From NCBI GenBank assembly GCA_964016885.1, contig OZ024743.1, positions 122,760,001 through 122,824,000 of the forward strand: DNA of 64,000 nucleotides, in the 5' to 3' direction. The notes beneath the pieces are model-generated. The model did no database searches. It was not told the DNA's origin and saw nothing but the letters and a program-made list of their open reading frames with translations. The translations under genes and the position numbers were made by a program. The DNA is from Eledone cirrhosa (Eukaryota). Positions 14,787 to 29,054 of this stretch are shown piece after piece (positions within the stretch are counted from its first letter, which is position 1; the number at the start of each line of letters is the position of its first letter).

Positions 14787-14990
14787 TAAAAAGGAAAAGA
14801 AAATGCTGACAAATTTTTCCCAGTGAAAAATAGTTTAATTCGGAATAAGTATAAATTAGTAATAAGTATTAGTTAGTATTCAGTTTTAGTTTTGAGTTTT
14901 TACCGGTTGCGCATTTCTAATGCTTTTCAAAAATAATTTTGAGATAGAACGCTCGTTATTTTTGCTCTAATATGATCAGTTTTGGAAATT
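14481..14990. mobile_element. Direct-plus-inverted repeated terminus in (TA)n (Penelope-like pseudo-LTR arrangement)
   Basis: 14481-14668 repeated at 14781-14970; perfect 53-bp IR 14601-14653/14678-14730; outer 13-bp IR tattggtaaacgg/ccgtttaccaata. Confidence 0.55.
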
Positions 14991-15100
14991 CTTCCTGTTT
15001 TATGTGAAAAAAGTGGCTTCAGAGGTATTAAGATTTGGTTGGTTGTTGAATGTCACGTAAATAAGCACTATAAATTTCGCGCCAATTCGGTATATATATA

Positions 15101-15288
15101 GGAAAAGAGTCAGGACACCGACGGCTGAGCACCGGCCGTTTCGACAGCTATTTCGGATCTAGGTGTCGAAACGGTCGGAGCTCAGCCGTCGAGGTCCCGA
15201 CTCTTTTGTTATTACCCACTCTACTACCCTAAGTATTGAGTACTCTGGTGAGTTATGATCCATCTGGTATCTTACCACACCCTCTTTG
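15101..15288 (+). mobile_element. Fold-back short element in (TA)n (Penelope-like terminus), family H
   Basis: ~48-bp IR followed by acccactctactaccctaagtattgagtac; homologous to 32693-32858 and 54781-54969. Confidence 0.7.
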
Positions 15289-15373
15289 TATATATTTATA
15301 TATATATATTATATATTTATATTCATAGATCTTTAATATATCTCATATAAAATAATACAGCCACTTATCCACA

Positions 15374-15559
15374 TAATTGTTTCTACTTTTGGCACAAGGC
15401 CAGCAATTATCCCAGTGCATTACTGGTACTTTATTTTATCGACCCTGTAAGGATGAAAGGCAAAGTTAACCTCGGCGGGATTTGAACTCAGAATGGCTAG
15501 GGCCGTAACTCTATGCGTCAAAGCATGGCGTCGGACCCTCTACCGATACTACCAATCCA
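15374..15559 (-). mobile_element. SINE family 1 copy with 13-bp target-site duplication
   Basis: TSD ccacttatccaca at 15361-15373 and 15560-15572. Confidence 0.9.
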
Positions 15560-15694
15560 CCACTTATCCACACAATACAATATAGTTAGCACTCCAAACG
15601 TTTAATTGGGAATATACTCCGGTATTTCCTAATGTTTGTTGAGTGAGTTGGAAATTGGTCGGAGTATCGCTAATAGCTTTCTCCGTTTGTGTAA

Positions 15695-15749
<55 letters not shown>

Positions 15750-16102
15750 ATATATATATTGGCCTTTTGCCAATACAGTTCGTCTCCGTTGATTTATTAT
15801 TTTAAATCGATATGGACAAACTGTAGTATAATAATTAGTATACTTCAATCTGGCTAAATTTTTCTTTCGCAATATATATACAGATGTGTTGGTATCTGTG
15901 TTTCATCACATACATATTAATTTATACACTGCTCAGGGGATATATTTTTCCTCATTCGAGCTGATTCCATTGTAAAAGACTTCATTACCTTATTAATATA
16001 TATATATATATATATACTTAAAACTTGGACGGGAACAAAAACAGAGAGGCAGTAAAAATAAAAGTTTATTTGGTTCACGCTCTTGAGAGTGGATACACAC
16101 AA

Positions 16103-16227
<125 letters not shown>

Positions 16228-16476
16228 AATGGAAAAGAATGAAATGAAATTTCATTTCTCACTCTTAGTACGGCTGATACTTACATATATGTATACAGAC
16301 GTACAGTAGTATGTATATATATACTGTACATACATGCACACATATATATATATGTACGTATGGGTTTACCGAACATTTATTATAATGTTCGGTTTGTTTG
16401 TTAACAAACATCCCTAATTAAGCCGTACAGTGTTAGGCAACCGTCGTCGCCCTTTTGTTCAACACTGCCAAAGGAA

Positions 16477-16517
16477 CGATGAATTAGTTTCAAGCTTATT
16501 AGCTATCGTCAGCATCG
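16477..16517 (-). ncRNA. Minimal type I hammerhead ribozyme motif
   Basis: Minus: cgatg CTGACGA t agct aata agct t GAAA ctaa TT catcg; 5-bp stem I, full core, 4-bp stem II. Confidence 0.7.
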
Positions 16518-16860
16518 TATACCTTCCTGTCAGATGATTGAACGTTTGAAAGTATATACTTTCCTTATGCATATTAACGGCTGAGCAGCCTAATTTGCAT
16601 ATCGAGTAAATTAGTCGGCCGGGCGTACCCAAAACGATAAATCGAAAAGAATGAAATGAAATTTCATTTCTCACTCTTAGTACGGCTGTTACTTAAATAT
16701 AAGTATGTATACGTACATACATATATGTTTACAGACGTACAGTAGTATGTATATATATACATAGATGCACACATATATATATGTACGTATGGGTTTACCG
16801 AACATTTATTATAGTGTTCGGCAACCATCGTGGCCCTTTTGTTCAACACTGACAAAGGAA

Positions 16861-16899
16861 CGATGAACTAGTTTCAAGCTTATTAGCTATCGTCAGCAT
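16861..16899 (-). ncRNA. Minimal type I hammerhead ribozyme motif (stem I shortened to 3 bp)
   Basis: Minus: atg CTGACGA tagct aata agctt GAAA CTAG TT catcg; palindromic loop 3. Confidence 0.7.
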
Positions 16900-17026
16900 A
16901 CATATATATATATATGTACGTATGGATTTACCGAACATTTATTATAATGTTCGGTTTGTTTGTTCGTTAATATGCATAAGGAAAGTATATACTTTCAAAC
17001 GTTCAATCATCTGACAGGAAGGTATA

Positions 17027-17067
17027 CGATGCTGCCGATAGCTAATAAGCTTGAAACTAGTTCATCG
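17027..17067 (+). ncRNA. Hammerhead motif with core substitution (CTGCCGA), likely inactive
   Basis: cgatg CTGcCGA tagct aata agctt GAAA CTAG TT catcg. Confidence 0.6.
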
Positions 17068-17994
17068 TTCCTTTGTCAGTGTTGAACAAACGGGCGACGA
17101 TCGTTTCCGAACACTGTACGGCTTAATTCGGGATGTTTGTTTACAAACAAACCGAGCATTATAATAAATGTTCGGTAAACCCATACGTACATATATATAT
17201 GTGTGCTTGTATGTATATATATACATACTACTGTACGTCTGTATACATATATGGCCCAGCTCCATCATCAAAATATGATGCATGATCGCATCAGGCAACT
17301 TACACAGAATTACATAACAGGGTTATGTTGGACCCTAACATATTGTGGATGATAGGGAAAAGAGAATAGAAAATTGAAAATTGAAAATTAGATTCGGCGA
17401 TTGCTTGTAAAAAAAAAAAACTGTTGTATAGGGAGAGAGCAGTTCCCGAATGTTTGATGTTAGCATCTAGGGGTGGGGGTGGTGGTGGTGGAGGGGGTAG
17501 GTATGGTCAAGTGGCGCCACAGATATTCTTTTCAGAGAATGTCACTCCATAATTATATTTATATTCTAAATCTGTCGGTCGCCTTTTCGACAGGTCAGTC
17601 TGTCGTGACGGTACTTAAAGAGGTGCATAGCTATAGAAAATCGGTGTTAAGAGCAGATACATACAAATATATTAATGTTGTAGTAATTATTTATTAAATG
17701 AAGGCAGGTATTTCTTATTTTAGATATCTCCGATGGTTCGGATTTACGAAAATATATTCGTGCGCATATATGCGTGGTTGCGTTTAGGGCTAATCCGGTC
17801 CCGTGGTCTAGTGAATCTATTATAACTGGGCTGTAGTCGACCGTGTATATTCAAAAGTGAATGAAGGGGAAGATTGATTAATTAGCTAGTCAATTATCAA
17901 GCACTCTAGGTCATGGCCAAAGTTAGTCTGATATGCGGGCGTCTGTGGGGTGTAGCAATAAATAGGTGTGTGGCCTGTGGCCCTCGGAATGACA

Positions 17995-18043
<49 letters not shown>

Positions 18044-18506
18044 CATAGAGAGAGAGAGAGAGAGACAGAGAGTGAGAGAGATAATATATTAATATATATA
18101 TTTTTATTTTATATAAAAATTACTTATATATATATATGTATGTGTATATATATATATATATATGTGTATGTATGTATGTATGTATGTATGTATGTATGTA
18201 TACACACATATGTTGATAAATGATAGTTGAATAATTCAGGTAAAGATTCTCTGGAGAGAGTAAAGTTTGGACAAATCTACCGTTTGCCGGGCCATTGCGT
18301 TTAACCATTACCTCAAAGCGCATCTGGCCAGTAATTACCATAATCTTTTTGAAGTTTTTACTGTTAAGTTAGATGTGTAAACAACATTTTCTTAATTTAT
18401 GAAATTAAGATATAACTTTGTTGTTTCAGAAACCGCTGTGATGCAGATAAATATTAATAATAGTGGAATTAAGTAAAATACACCTGAAAAGGGAAAAATA
18501 TGGACA

Positions 18507-18725
18507 GTGAAGGCGCGTGGTTGAGTGGTAAGAGAATTCAATTCGCAATCTTGAGGTTGTGAGTTCGATTCCTGGACCGGTCGATGCTTTATGTCCTTCA
18601 GCATGACACTGTATCATGTTGCCTCTTCTACGTGGAGTTGCGACCGATGGAGACTATTAGCATTTGGAAATACCAACGGAAACAGTGTTTCCTCGGTCCG
18701 ATTTGACGAAAGTTGATCGAATATC
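18507..18725 (+). mobile_element. tRNA-derived SINE, family 2
   Basis: gtgaaggcgcgtggttgagtggtaagag...gagttcgattcctggacc (A and B boxes); homologous to 46681-46901; (TA)n tail. Confidence 0.8.
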
Positions 18726-20864
18726 AATATATATATATATATATATATACGCATGTACTTATGGTTATTTCTCATATCAATGTAATAGTTCCTTAAGATT
18801 AACATATATTTTTCTACATATTTTACATAAAATATATACTGTTTATTTGAGCTAAAGTTAGGATTAATTAAAAAAATGTTTGAAAATAGATAAACTGTTA
18901 TAACGATGCCTTTTTTATGATGTTAGTTGGTGAAACGATTCTAGTGGTGGAGAATTTATATTCTAACCAAATATATATTAAAATAAATTGTTCGTTTTAA
19001 TAAATAAGACTATTCGTTTTGTAAATTGCCAAATGGTGTAAAGTATCGTGATCCGTTAAATGAATAGTGCTACAAGACAACCACTTAAGCTATAGAAAGA
19101 TTGATGTAATGTAAGTTATATTAAGAAAACATCTATATCAATGGTTGAACGATGCCAAAAATCTAGGCATTCAAAGCAATTTTCCAAGAATGTAACAAAC
19201 TAATTTTAAGTTGATTCAATCTGAGATATGTTGAGAAAACAAATTAGATACATTTTAGAGTTGAAGTTTGTCTATATACAACAGGGTAGACATGTTTGTT
19301 TTAATAAACGTATTTGTTGTCTGAAATATTGATGAAAAATATACGTTCCTTACTTTCTAAATAAAAAAATAAATTGATTCACGTGAGCTATATACAAGCT
19401 ATCTACAAATTATATGTGTATACTTTTAGACCTACTCACATTTCATTGATGTTGTCTTACATTCTTGAGATATGTTTCTGCATTCCTTCCTTAATTATCT
19501 TCAACATACAGTTAGATTCCATAGCAACATATATTGTTCATGATTACCAGGCTTTTCTTAAAAGCCTTTGTTTAAGTTGGCTCATATTACCATCATTCTA
19601 TTGTTGAATTGTTCACGCACGATCTTATACAATTTTAAAATGACAATGTCAAGACAAATAATTATAGGTTAATTTATATTTTGAAATAACTTCTTTTACT
19701 GCTAGCCTAAGGTAACTTTTCGAAATATTGAACTAGATCACATACATTCGAGGCAGTATAATCATTCCTGAGAAATTCAAAGCTTTATTTCAAAATCAGT
19801 GTTACTGAAACTATCATTAATGTTAGCCAGCAACAATATTCAACTCAAAGTAATGCAACTAACACCCAGTACCAGTGACTGTAGCCATTAAAAACACTTC
19901 AACGCTCAAATAACGCCAATAATTTCTACAGCAAATTATATAGTATTCACTAGTTATTATATTGATGAAGTAAAAAAATATAATGATAAAGTTAAGTAAA
20001 GAATCTAGTACATTTCTTATGTACGTAATTTTATTATTTTCTGAAAGGTTTTGATTTAAAGGGTAACAATCTCCATTTAACGACGAAAATTGAACCGAAA
20101 GTGATGCTTACAATGTAGAAAAGATGAGAAAAAGTGTAATAACTTAACATAACAGTGTTTCTATATATTTAGATATACCCATACAGTCACATATTAAGAG
20201 AAACAAAAAGAACGGGGGGGGGGGGGGTTAAAAGCCTTGTTGAAAGAGCCTTTACTGGCTACTAAATACCCAAATCAAATATAAATATTTATTTCCAGAC
20301 ATTTACCAAAATGTTTCAAAATGAATAAAATTAAACACACATATATAATATGTTGAGATTGATACACTATTACTCTATATCCAGTTTAACTGTGAAACAA
20401 CTCTTTATTCAGTTAATCGCAATATTTTAAATGTTATATATGCTATTAACGAGAAATTCCTTCATCAGAGAGGTCTGTATAGAATATATAGAAATGGTGT
20501 TATCACAGGTCTGCTTCTGTTAGTTTCTCGTTTTGCATATGTTGAAGAAATTATGAGAAATACCACATCATATATTCCAACATTAAATGAAAGCAGTGTG
20601 TATCTTTCTAATAGAAATAGCAACCAAATCGCTTGTAAGCATCTTTACAAAATGAGGAGACATTCGATAACGGAGCCCTGAAAAAGGTGGAATAGTTCTG
20701 AGTTTTATACTTTTAAACAATATTTATACTTTATCATGGCTGACATGAAACAAAACAACACCAACAACAACCAGGAAAATTTTAAAGGAAGTAATTCAGT
20801 TATTCATAGAAATTCTTACGTAGTAATAAGCTTATCTAAAATATTTAATATTCAGCACAAGCAA

Positions 20865-21265
20865 TTACTGGCACAACGCCAGCAATTACCCCCGTGCATT
20901 ACAGGTCCTTTATTTTATAGACCTCGTATGGATGAAAGGCTAAATTAACCTCGGTAGGATTTGAACTCAGACCGTAAAGGGGAATAACTCTATGCTACAA
21001 AGCTTGGCGTCCAAGCCTCTACCAATACTGCCAATCCAACGCCCTGAAATAATGGTTTCTTATAAAGGCACAAGAACAGCAATTTTGGGGAAGGGGACAA
21101 TCGATTAAATCTACCCAAGTAGATGACTGGTACTTTATTCTATCGACCCCGTAAGGATGAAAGGCAAAGTTAACCTCGGCGGGATTTGAACTCGTAAAGG
21201 GGCGTAACTCTATGCTAGAAAGCATGGCGTCCGACCCTCTACCGATACTGCCAGTCCACCGCCCT
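20865..21265 (-). mobile_element. Two tandem SINE family 1 copies
   Basis: Both contain gatgaaaggc...ttaacctcgg...gatttgaactc and end in gccctgaaataat. Confidence 0.85.
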
Positions 21266-21728
21266 GAAATAATAAAAAGAAATAAACAGTGATATAAAGT
21301 TTATAATGAAATCTTTCAATTAACTCATCAGAAAAGCTTGTCATAATAACTAGTAGGTTAATACATGTAGCTTTAGTAACACAAACCCAGTGTTACGTAA
21401 GCTGACCATTATTAAAATACACAATTTTAGGCAAATGGACGATGGGTGAAACAGACAAGCTGTGAAGAGATTTATTTGGATGATAATTCAAAAATGAAAA
21501 TTCTTGAAATAATATAGATTATCAAAATATAGTTTTATTAACGTCACCTGTAGACACATAGATTTACAATTCTTAGAACTCAATGTACAATAGTCATCTG
21601 GAACAAAGACAATCACAGAGAAGACAATGTATTTTATTTGTTTTTCTTTTTAATTGTTGCTATTTTAATAGATATAATTAACGTGTACAGACATTCTTAC
21701 ACGCAGACGACCCATATATATGTATGCA

Positions 21729-21788
<60 letters not shown>

Positions 21789-21925
21789 ATACATATTTAT
21801 TTATACTTATATATATATACATAGATATATATACATATATATATATATATAAGGATATATATATATATATTGACACACACACACATATATATTGTATGTG
21901 TGTGTGTTTGTAAGCACATGTATAT

Positions 21926-21959
<34 letters not shown>

Positions 21960-22227
21960 GTGTATATATATATATATATATATACAAACACACCCACATA
22001 CACATATACACACACGCGCACACATACATATATAATATATATATACACATAATACATATATATTTATATATATATATATGCATACGTAAGTAAAATATGC
22101 AATATGCCCAAGTTATATATGTACAGAATTTACATGTACATTATCCATTTCTAAGCATTACACATACATATATGTATACGCAGACTCTCAGTTCCCTTCC
22201 TCCTTCTCACTCTCTCTCTCTTTCTCT

Positions 22228-22335
<108 letters not shown>

Positions 22336-23153
22336 TTCTTTTAACATAGGCTGGGAGTCATATGTCTGGAGTTAATATTTCTCTACTTTCTAACTACACA
22401 AATTTGAGAACACTTGTCTCGCAGTTGAGAAGTTTTCAGTACGAGTATATACGTTCTCACTTTAAAATCTACAAAAATAAGACAAAAGGCTAAGAAAAGG
22501 CAATTATTAAATAGAAAATTATTAATACAAAATAAATACATGACGTGTGAAAACTGCGATGAAAATTGAAAAGCATCATTTCATTAAAACATATTTAATT
22601 AGATGATAGACATTTTGCAAATAAATGGCTGCCTGGTCTAATTTTTCTATAAATGGATTATATTAGCTTTGTTTTTGTATAATTTCAGCATTTTTTCTTA
22701 TATTTAAACCAGAAGAATGTGGTTTGTTATGGTTAATTTTATATCAATAAGCAGGAGCAGAAAAAATAAACAAAACAATGTTTCCGTTATAAAACATTTC
22801 AAATAAAATCCCGACTTGCTTTGAGTAGTTCTAACATAATATTTTGGTTAAAGAGATGTTATTAAAAATATTTCCGGTTAAATCAAAAGCAGTCAGTTAA
22901 ATGATGTACATTGGCATATATAGAAGTTTGATTCATTTAAATTATGTGGATATGCCGAAGCAATTTAATAAGGTAGTCAATAAATTTCAGGAAACAAATA
23001 GTTTTGATATTTCTTTTCTTTATAGTTATGCATTTATAGTAAACACATTTCTTTGTATGATTTATACGTGCATATAGTAGTAATTTAGTAATTATTTGAT
23101 ATAATAATTTGCTAGGATGAAGGCTGCATTAAAACCATTAAATTACGTTACAT

Positions 23154-23185
<32 letters not shown>

Positions 23186-23207
23186 CGTACGTACGTACGT
23201 ACGTACG

Positions 23208-23239
<32 letters not shown>

Positions 23240-26200
23240 TGTATGTATGTATGTATGTATGTATGTATGTATGTATGTATGTATGTATGTATGTATTTAC
23301 GTATGTATCTATGTATCTACGTATGTATACTTGTATATATGAGGGGATCTGTGTATGACTGTATATACAAACTTAGTACGATAACAATTATTGCACTAAT
23401 TCATTTAGCCTCATTAAATTCTTATATTATTGATTACTTTGTAAGATAGTAAGATATACTGATTATAGATAATTAAGTATATTGTTCAATTTGTATTGTA
23501 GTTAAAATTTAGAAATTGAGAGCTGCTTTACGTCATCTAGGTGCTGGTTAAGATTTGGCTCTGCAGTAACTTCATTGGCAATGTTACATGAACGGATTCT
23601 CAACATTCTCTGATATTAGTACTGTCATCAATGTCTACATATTAAAATTGATAATATATTATTTACCCTAAACTCACCAGTAAACTGGGTTCGTTGACAT
23701 TGGCATGGGTAACCCACATGGCTTAATATCTTATAATTTGTGATAAACTCCACATGGTACGAGAGTTTCTCATATAAGTCATGAGGGAAATCAGTAAAAT
23801 TACGAATTTAAATTCCTCTAAAATTACATTTTAACATGCTTGGAATTTTAGAGAGAGATTATTACTTTGCATAGACTATATCTTAACTGCTTCTATAAAA
23901 CAATTGTCGAAATATTGCTTTCATACTCTCAGACATAGAGTACTATTTACTGAGAAGCATACCTATTACACTATATTTTATACCTACGTCCTATACATTG
24001 CTATTCAAATTCCTTTTGCATTTAATGTTTCTCTAGAATCACTTAACTGGTAAGAAAATATATCATTTCTCGCTTTTCGCTAAATGAAGTATGAATGGAT
24101 GATAGTGAGGATTTTAGGTATTTGGTGATCTTGTTTGCTGTTATTTTGACAGCAGCAATTAGGAATCTATGCAGATAAATTTGGTTGAATACTTCTCTGT
24201 GTGAAATATTTGTTGTGTCATATTCCATTTCTGCATCTAACAACAATATTGTATTTTAGAACTAATGAGAATACAGCAGTTTGATAATTGAATGTCTGAA
24301 AATATATATGTATGTATGAACACATAAAGTTAGAGCAGTAGTTTCTTCTCTAACATGATATTCTCAAATAGTTATATGTCCATGAAAAACAGACGATTGT
24401 AAAAAAATATTCACCATTGTTCAAACGAATTGTCATCAAAATATTTCCCCTAATGATTCAGGAGTAAATTCCTTATGAATCTTGTTTTAATCTTAATATT
24501 CGACAACAAAAACTTCATTTCTGAGAAAAGTTTTTCATATTGACAAGAAAATGTATGAAATGATTTACAAACATATAGAGTAACGATATTGTTAAAACAT
24601 CGTAAGGAAGATTTCTGATGTTATGTATAATTTTCTATTGTATGTTTGCCATGTTTTTTATTATTAGAATTGCAATTAAAAAGGTGTTAAAGTATGAAGC
24701 ATTGCTGGGCGTTGACCAATTTCTTTCTTTCATTCCTACCGTCTTTCTTTCAGTTTCATTCCCTTTTACTTTTGCTCTTTAAAATTTTTTCTCCCCCTGC
24801 TCTATTTCCTTATCTCTCAATCAATCTATTTCTGTCTCTCTGTCTGTTTCTCCCTTTTTCTCTCTGACTCTCCACATACATATATATATATATATATTTA
24901 TATTCTTATGTTACAATAATTTGCAGAGCTTTGCCTTGGATTTTTACAATGTAATGTATTTAAGAGAAAATGTGATGAAAAATATACATCCCTGAAAATA
25001 AAAACAGTTCAGTTTGTGTTAGAAACAAAACTCCATAAAGATGTATTTCCTCTAGTTTTTATATCTGTTCCTATTCTCATAACTTTGACACAATAGAAGT
25101 CCAACGAGGAATGTAGAACATTTGCCACATTCACAAGAATCAATGGTGTTATCTTCGTATATTTTCTATCTTCTATTCATATTTACGACAAGCAATGAAC
25201 ACAATTTGTTTGTTTAGTTGACACAGAATATTTTTCACCATAACAGTATTGATAATCCTCAATATTACAAATTAGTTTGATACGGCTTTAACAAGTCATA
25301 TATCATTTGTCAATTTAAAACAGCAATTTTATATTAATAGTGACATTCGTTTCACAAACAATATAATATGCAGGTTTGCTGTTCTTTCATCATGTAAAGA
25401 TTTAGTGTTGGACTAAAACGATTAAAAAGAAAACAATGTTAACATGAATCCTTTATATTTCTATTTAGCTATAACACGTGACCTCTGCCTCTGAAACATT
25501 TAATAACTGTGCACTAATTTGTAAGAAAAGTTTACAAATAACGTTTCACATTTCTTTATTTATTGCTCAATCCTACGATTCGTTTATTCAGCTGTTTCAA
25601 CTTTAAGCTGCGGAGGCGTATATAATACAATATGTTATATAATAAACGTGATTGTGCATTCATATGTGTATACATATTCGAATATTACTAGCTGGAAATA
25701 CAACAATCCATTGAAGATACATTAAAATACTAATTTTCAACTGACATTTAGAAATTAACAATAGCACAATTATCTGACTGAATTTATAATTCAGACAACT
25801 TAAACAACTTCTATGCCATATATATACATGAGCATCAGATATTAGATATTCTTTCTACAGCCTGCCAGAATCGTAAATGTAACGTTTCAGGGAAATATAT
25901 TTTATATTAACTCTCATCTTTGTTTAAAATTATTGTTGGTGTATCCCGATCTGCTAGATTTTAACAGATCAATATCAACGTGAAAGCCGATCAATCCAAG
26001 GTTTCGGTAACATTGGGGAGAGGGCATCATAACTTAATTATGGATTATATTGTCCAAATATCTAGGACCCAAAACATACGATTCTCATTTTATAGACAGA
26101 AAGAGAACATGGATCAGCAATCTATTTTCCCATGTTGACTCTGGATATGCTCAAATTAGCAGCCTAAGTTTCCTTCAAGAATGTATTTTAATCATTTTCG

Positions 26201-28236
26201 CAGAAGTTGTTTTAGTGAAATATAATGATTGCATTTGCAAGGAATCTCAAGTTTAACACAATCAGGAATTATCATGTTATTTAATTATGTTCAACTGATA
26301 ATGAACATTGATCTATTTCTATTGTTCTGTGGACTCCAGTCATCTGTTATTGTGTTAAGTGCTAAATAGTTGCTAAAACGTAACATAGCTATAGACATAT
26401 ATTTTACACTATTGCTTTTTCTGTAGCTATTTAATGTATACAAGCTAGTAATGTTTATCTTTTACAGTTTGTTTATCTTTTACTCCAGGAGAACATTCCA
26501 TTGATATAAGTTGCAGTTAATATTTCTCCAAATAATGATATGTAAATGCTTTTCAAATGATGGTTTCCCACATATGCGGACATGTCTTAAAAACTCTCAA
26601 AACTAGTGTAAAGATAACTGTATAAAACAGTATAAAAGTATTGCTAATTGGGGTTGACTTTCTGGGGGTAAGGTTAACTAATATTCATGTTGTATAAAGA
26701 TTGACTATAGATATATATATTGAATTATTTATGTATATACCACTTCAGGTTTATATATATAACTATTTTGATAAAGAGTGCTCATATAGTTTGGGTGATG
26801 TTATTATGACTCTACTTAATAGCCTACCACACCTTATATAATTAGTTATTTTTATGATATTGAGCTATGATAGTTGTATAGGCTTTTAGTATGTCTATTT
26901 GTATATTTGATATATAATTTTATTAATCAGAAAAATAAGAGATAGATCACTTCAGAATAGGATACAAGTGCCATCTCATCCCTGATATCTAAAGGTGATC
27001 AACCAAAAGACATTATTTAAAATATACAATAAACTATGTTAGGAATTTCATGGTTGAATTATTCAAATATTTGTTTTTGAAATATTTTATAGGACAGGTG
27101 ATGCAAAGTTTGGCAATTATCTGCTTTTGTTGTTTTTAGTTGAATAAATAAAACATAGATCTTATTTAACGACACAAAGTTTCTATACAAATGTGGAATA
27201 TGATTCATGAAAGAAGTAAAAGTATAGAAGCATATATGTAAATATAAGTTTCCTAATCAAAATGGCAATTGGCATAACTATTATTCGAGTAATATTGTTA
27301 GCTATGAACTATGGTAATCAAAATCACGAGTTGGTGACCTTTTCTAATAGTTAAGCTAAGCACATATTTTAAAGATATTAAATAATAATTTCCAGAAAGG
27401 GTAGAATGCCATACTCAACACATTTCAATGGTTTTATTTCTCATGTACATATTGAAAGGAAAGGAAATATGAATAATGACTTCCAGTAGGAGATATATTG
27501 AGAATAAAAGAAACATTGACAGCATTGATGAGCCTTAATCCTTTAACAGCAACAGCACTGATAAAGCATGCAAATGTTGCTGCAATTAAAACTATATCTC
27601 TAATGCATCTCGCATTGATTTCCGTTTGATTGCAGTATTTGAATATTTAGAAAAGAATATATTACAAATTTCATATGTTCATATGTTTTGGTCATTGTTA
27701 CTTTATTACTATATATTGAACATTCATATAATACAAGTCATTGGATTATCTAATATCTTAAATATGAATACATGTTTGACATGATTCCATTTCTATTAGG
27801 TATGCGTGCCATTGTGTAAAGGTCACTGGGCATGAAAATTTGATGGACACACAGGGATCTGTTAAAACTGCATGTAAGCATAAATAGGAAATCTTATCAT
27901 CGTGAGTCATCATTTATATATTTTTCATCATACTGAAGTAGTGATTAAATATTGTTATAAAATTCAAGTAACAAACTACATTTTTGTAAAGATATAAAAT
28001 ATGATTGACATAGAACAAAAAATAGGGTTTCTGTATGTAATAATATTTATATTTTAGAACTTGTCTTGCACGAATATATATGGCAGATAGCAGTTTAAGG
28101 AACAGTAATCCATCGAATAAGATAGAGATTATTTGTTTAAAAATGAAACAAAAATTGCTGATTCTCTGAAAATAAACCTTAAAATTATATCCCATTATTC
28201 ACAGTAAATTTTTCCATGTCTGATTTATAGTTCTAT

Positions 28237-28437
28237 TCAAGTCCATCTTAATGTACCTGAAGACAAGAATGTCGTTAAATAATAGCAAGATACAGCGAAG
28301 AATATCTGATAAAACAGGCGAGGCGGCAATAAAGTGACACCATGATCTTTGATAATGTGCGTCTCCTCTCGGCGAACGGCTGGAACGTTGATACGTACAA
28401 GTACGGTTGATTGGGTTGTTGTTGTCGTGGTAGTGGT
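28237..28437 (-). CDS. Terminal coding exon D: Thr-rich stalk plus hydrophobic C-terminus (GPI-signal-like)
   Basis: Acceptor tctttatttccag|ACC, phase 0, 66 aa then TGA: TTTTTTTTQSTVLVRINVPAVRREETHIIKDHGVTLLPPRLFYQIFFAVSCYYLTTFLSSGTLRWT*. Confidence 0.82.
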   Translation of the reverse strand, partial: TTTTTTTTQSTVLVRINVPAVRREETHIIKDHGVTLLPPRLFYQIFFAVSCYYLTTFLSSGTLRWT

Positions 28438-29054
28438 CTGGAAATAAAGACACAAAGAAGACTGTGAATATTCTGAAGATAAATCTCATACGATATTTCA
28501 AGATGTTTTCATATGAATATACATATGCTATACACGAATGCATACACATACATATGCATACAAGTTAGATAGATATACTAATACGTACTCATAATAGATA
28601 TACTCATAAGATCAATGGCTCGCACAGTAAATAATGACGTAACAGTTTATCTATTTCGCCAGACACAGCGTTTATAAATAAAACATCGTAAGTAAAATGC
28701 ATTTATGTGTGCTGTCAGTCTAAATTCAGAATATATGGCAATTTATATTATGAATCTTTAAGTCCACATACACGATTGCACAGTGTAAGTTTAATACAAA
28801 TATAACGCGTTGGAGAAAAAGAAGCCGTACTATAACATTTGTAGATATTCTGTGCTGAACTTGAATATTTAAAAGTTAATAAATGTAGAAAAAATAGTCA
28901 GGGTGGACGTTTTAGAATGTTATATTTCTGGGCTGGAAACGTGTTTATTGTGAGCGTTATATTGTGTCGATAGGAAGGCACTAGCATTGAATGAGATCGT
29001 GTGGAGGTATTACACTGCTTTCAAATTCATCGAAACATTGTAATATCGGTATTA

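Larger units (their letters stand above)
16232..17252 (-). mobile_element. Array of ~412-bp hammerhead-bearing units (direct copies plus one inverted copy): Penelope pseudo-LTR or non-LTR retrozyme-like
   Basis: Unit starts at 16232 and 16644; partial third unit 16900-16964; 16964-17252 is the reverse complement of ~16285-16579. Confidence 0.75.

Noticed and set aside
28199-28549. Alternative 116-aa frame over the terminal exon
   Set aside because: Exon C ends in phase 0, which selects the TTTT...WT* frame; that frame also gives a coherent stalk plus hydrophobic tail
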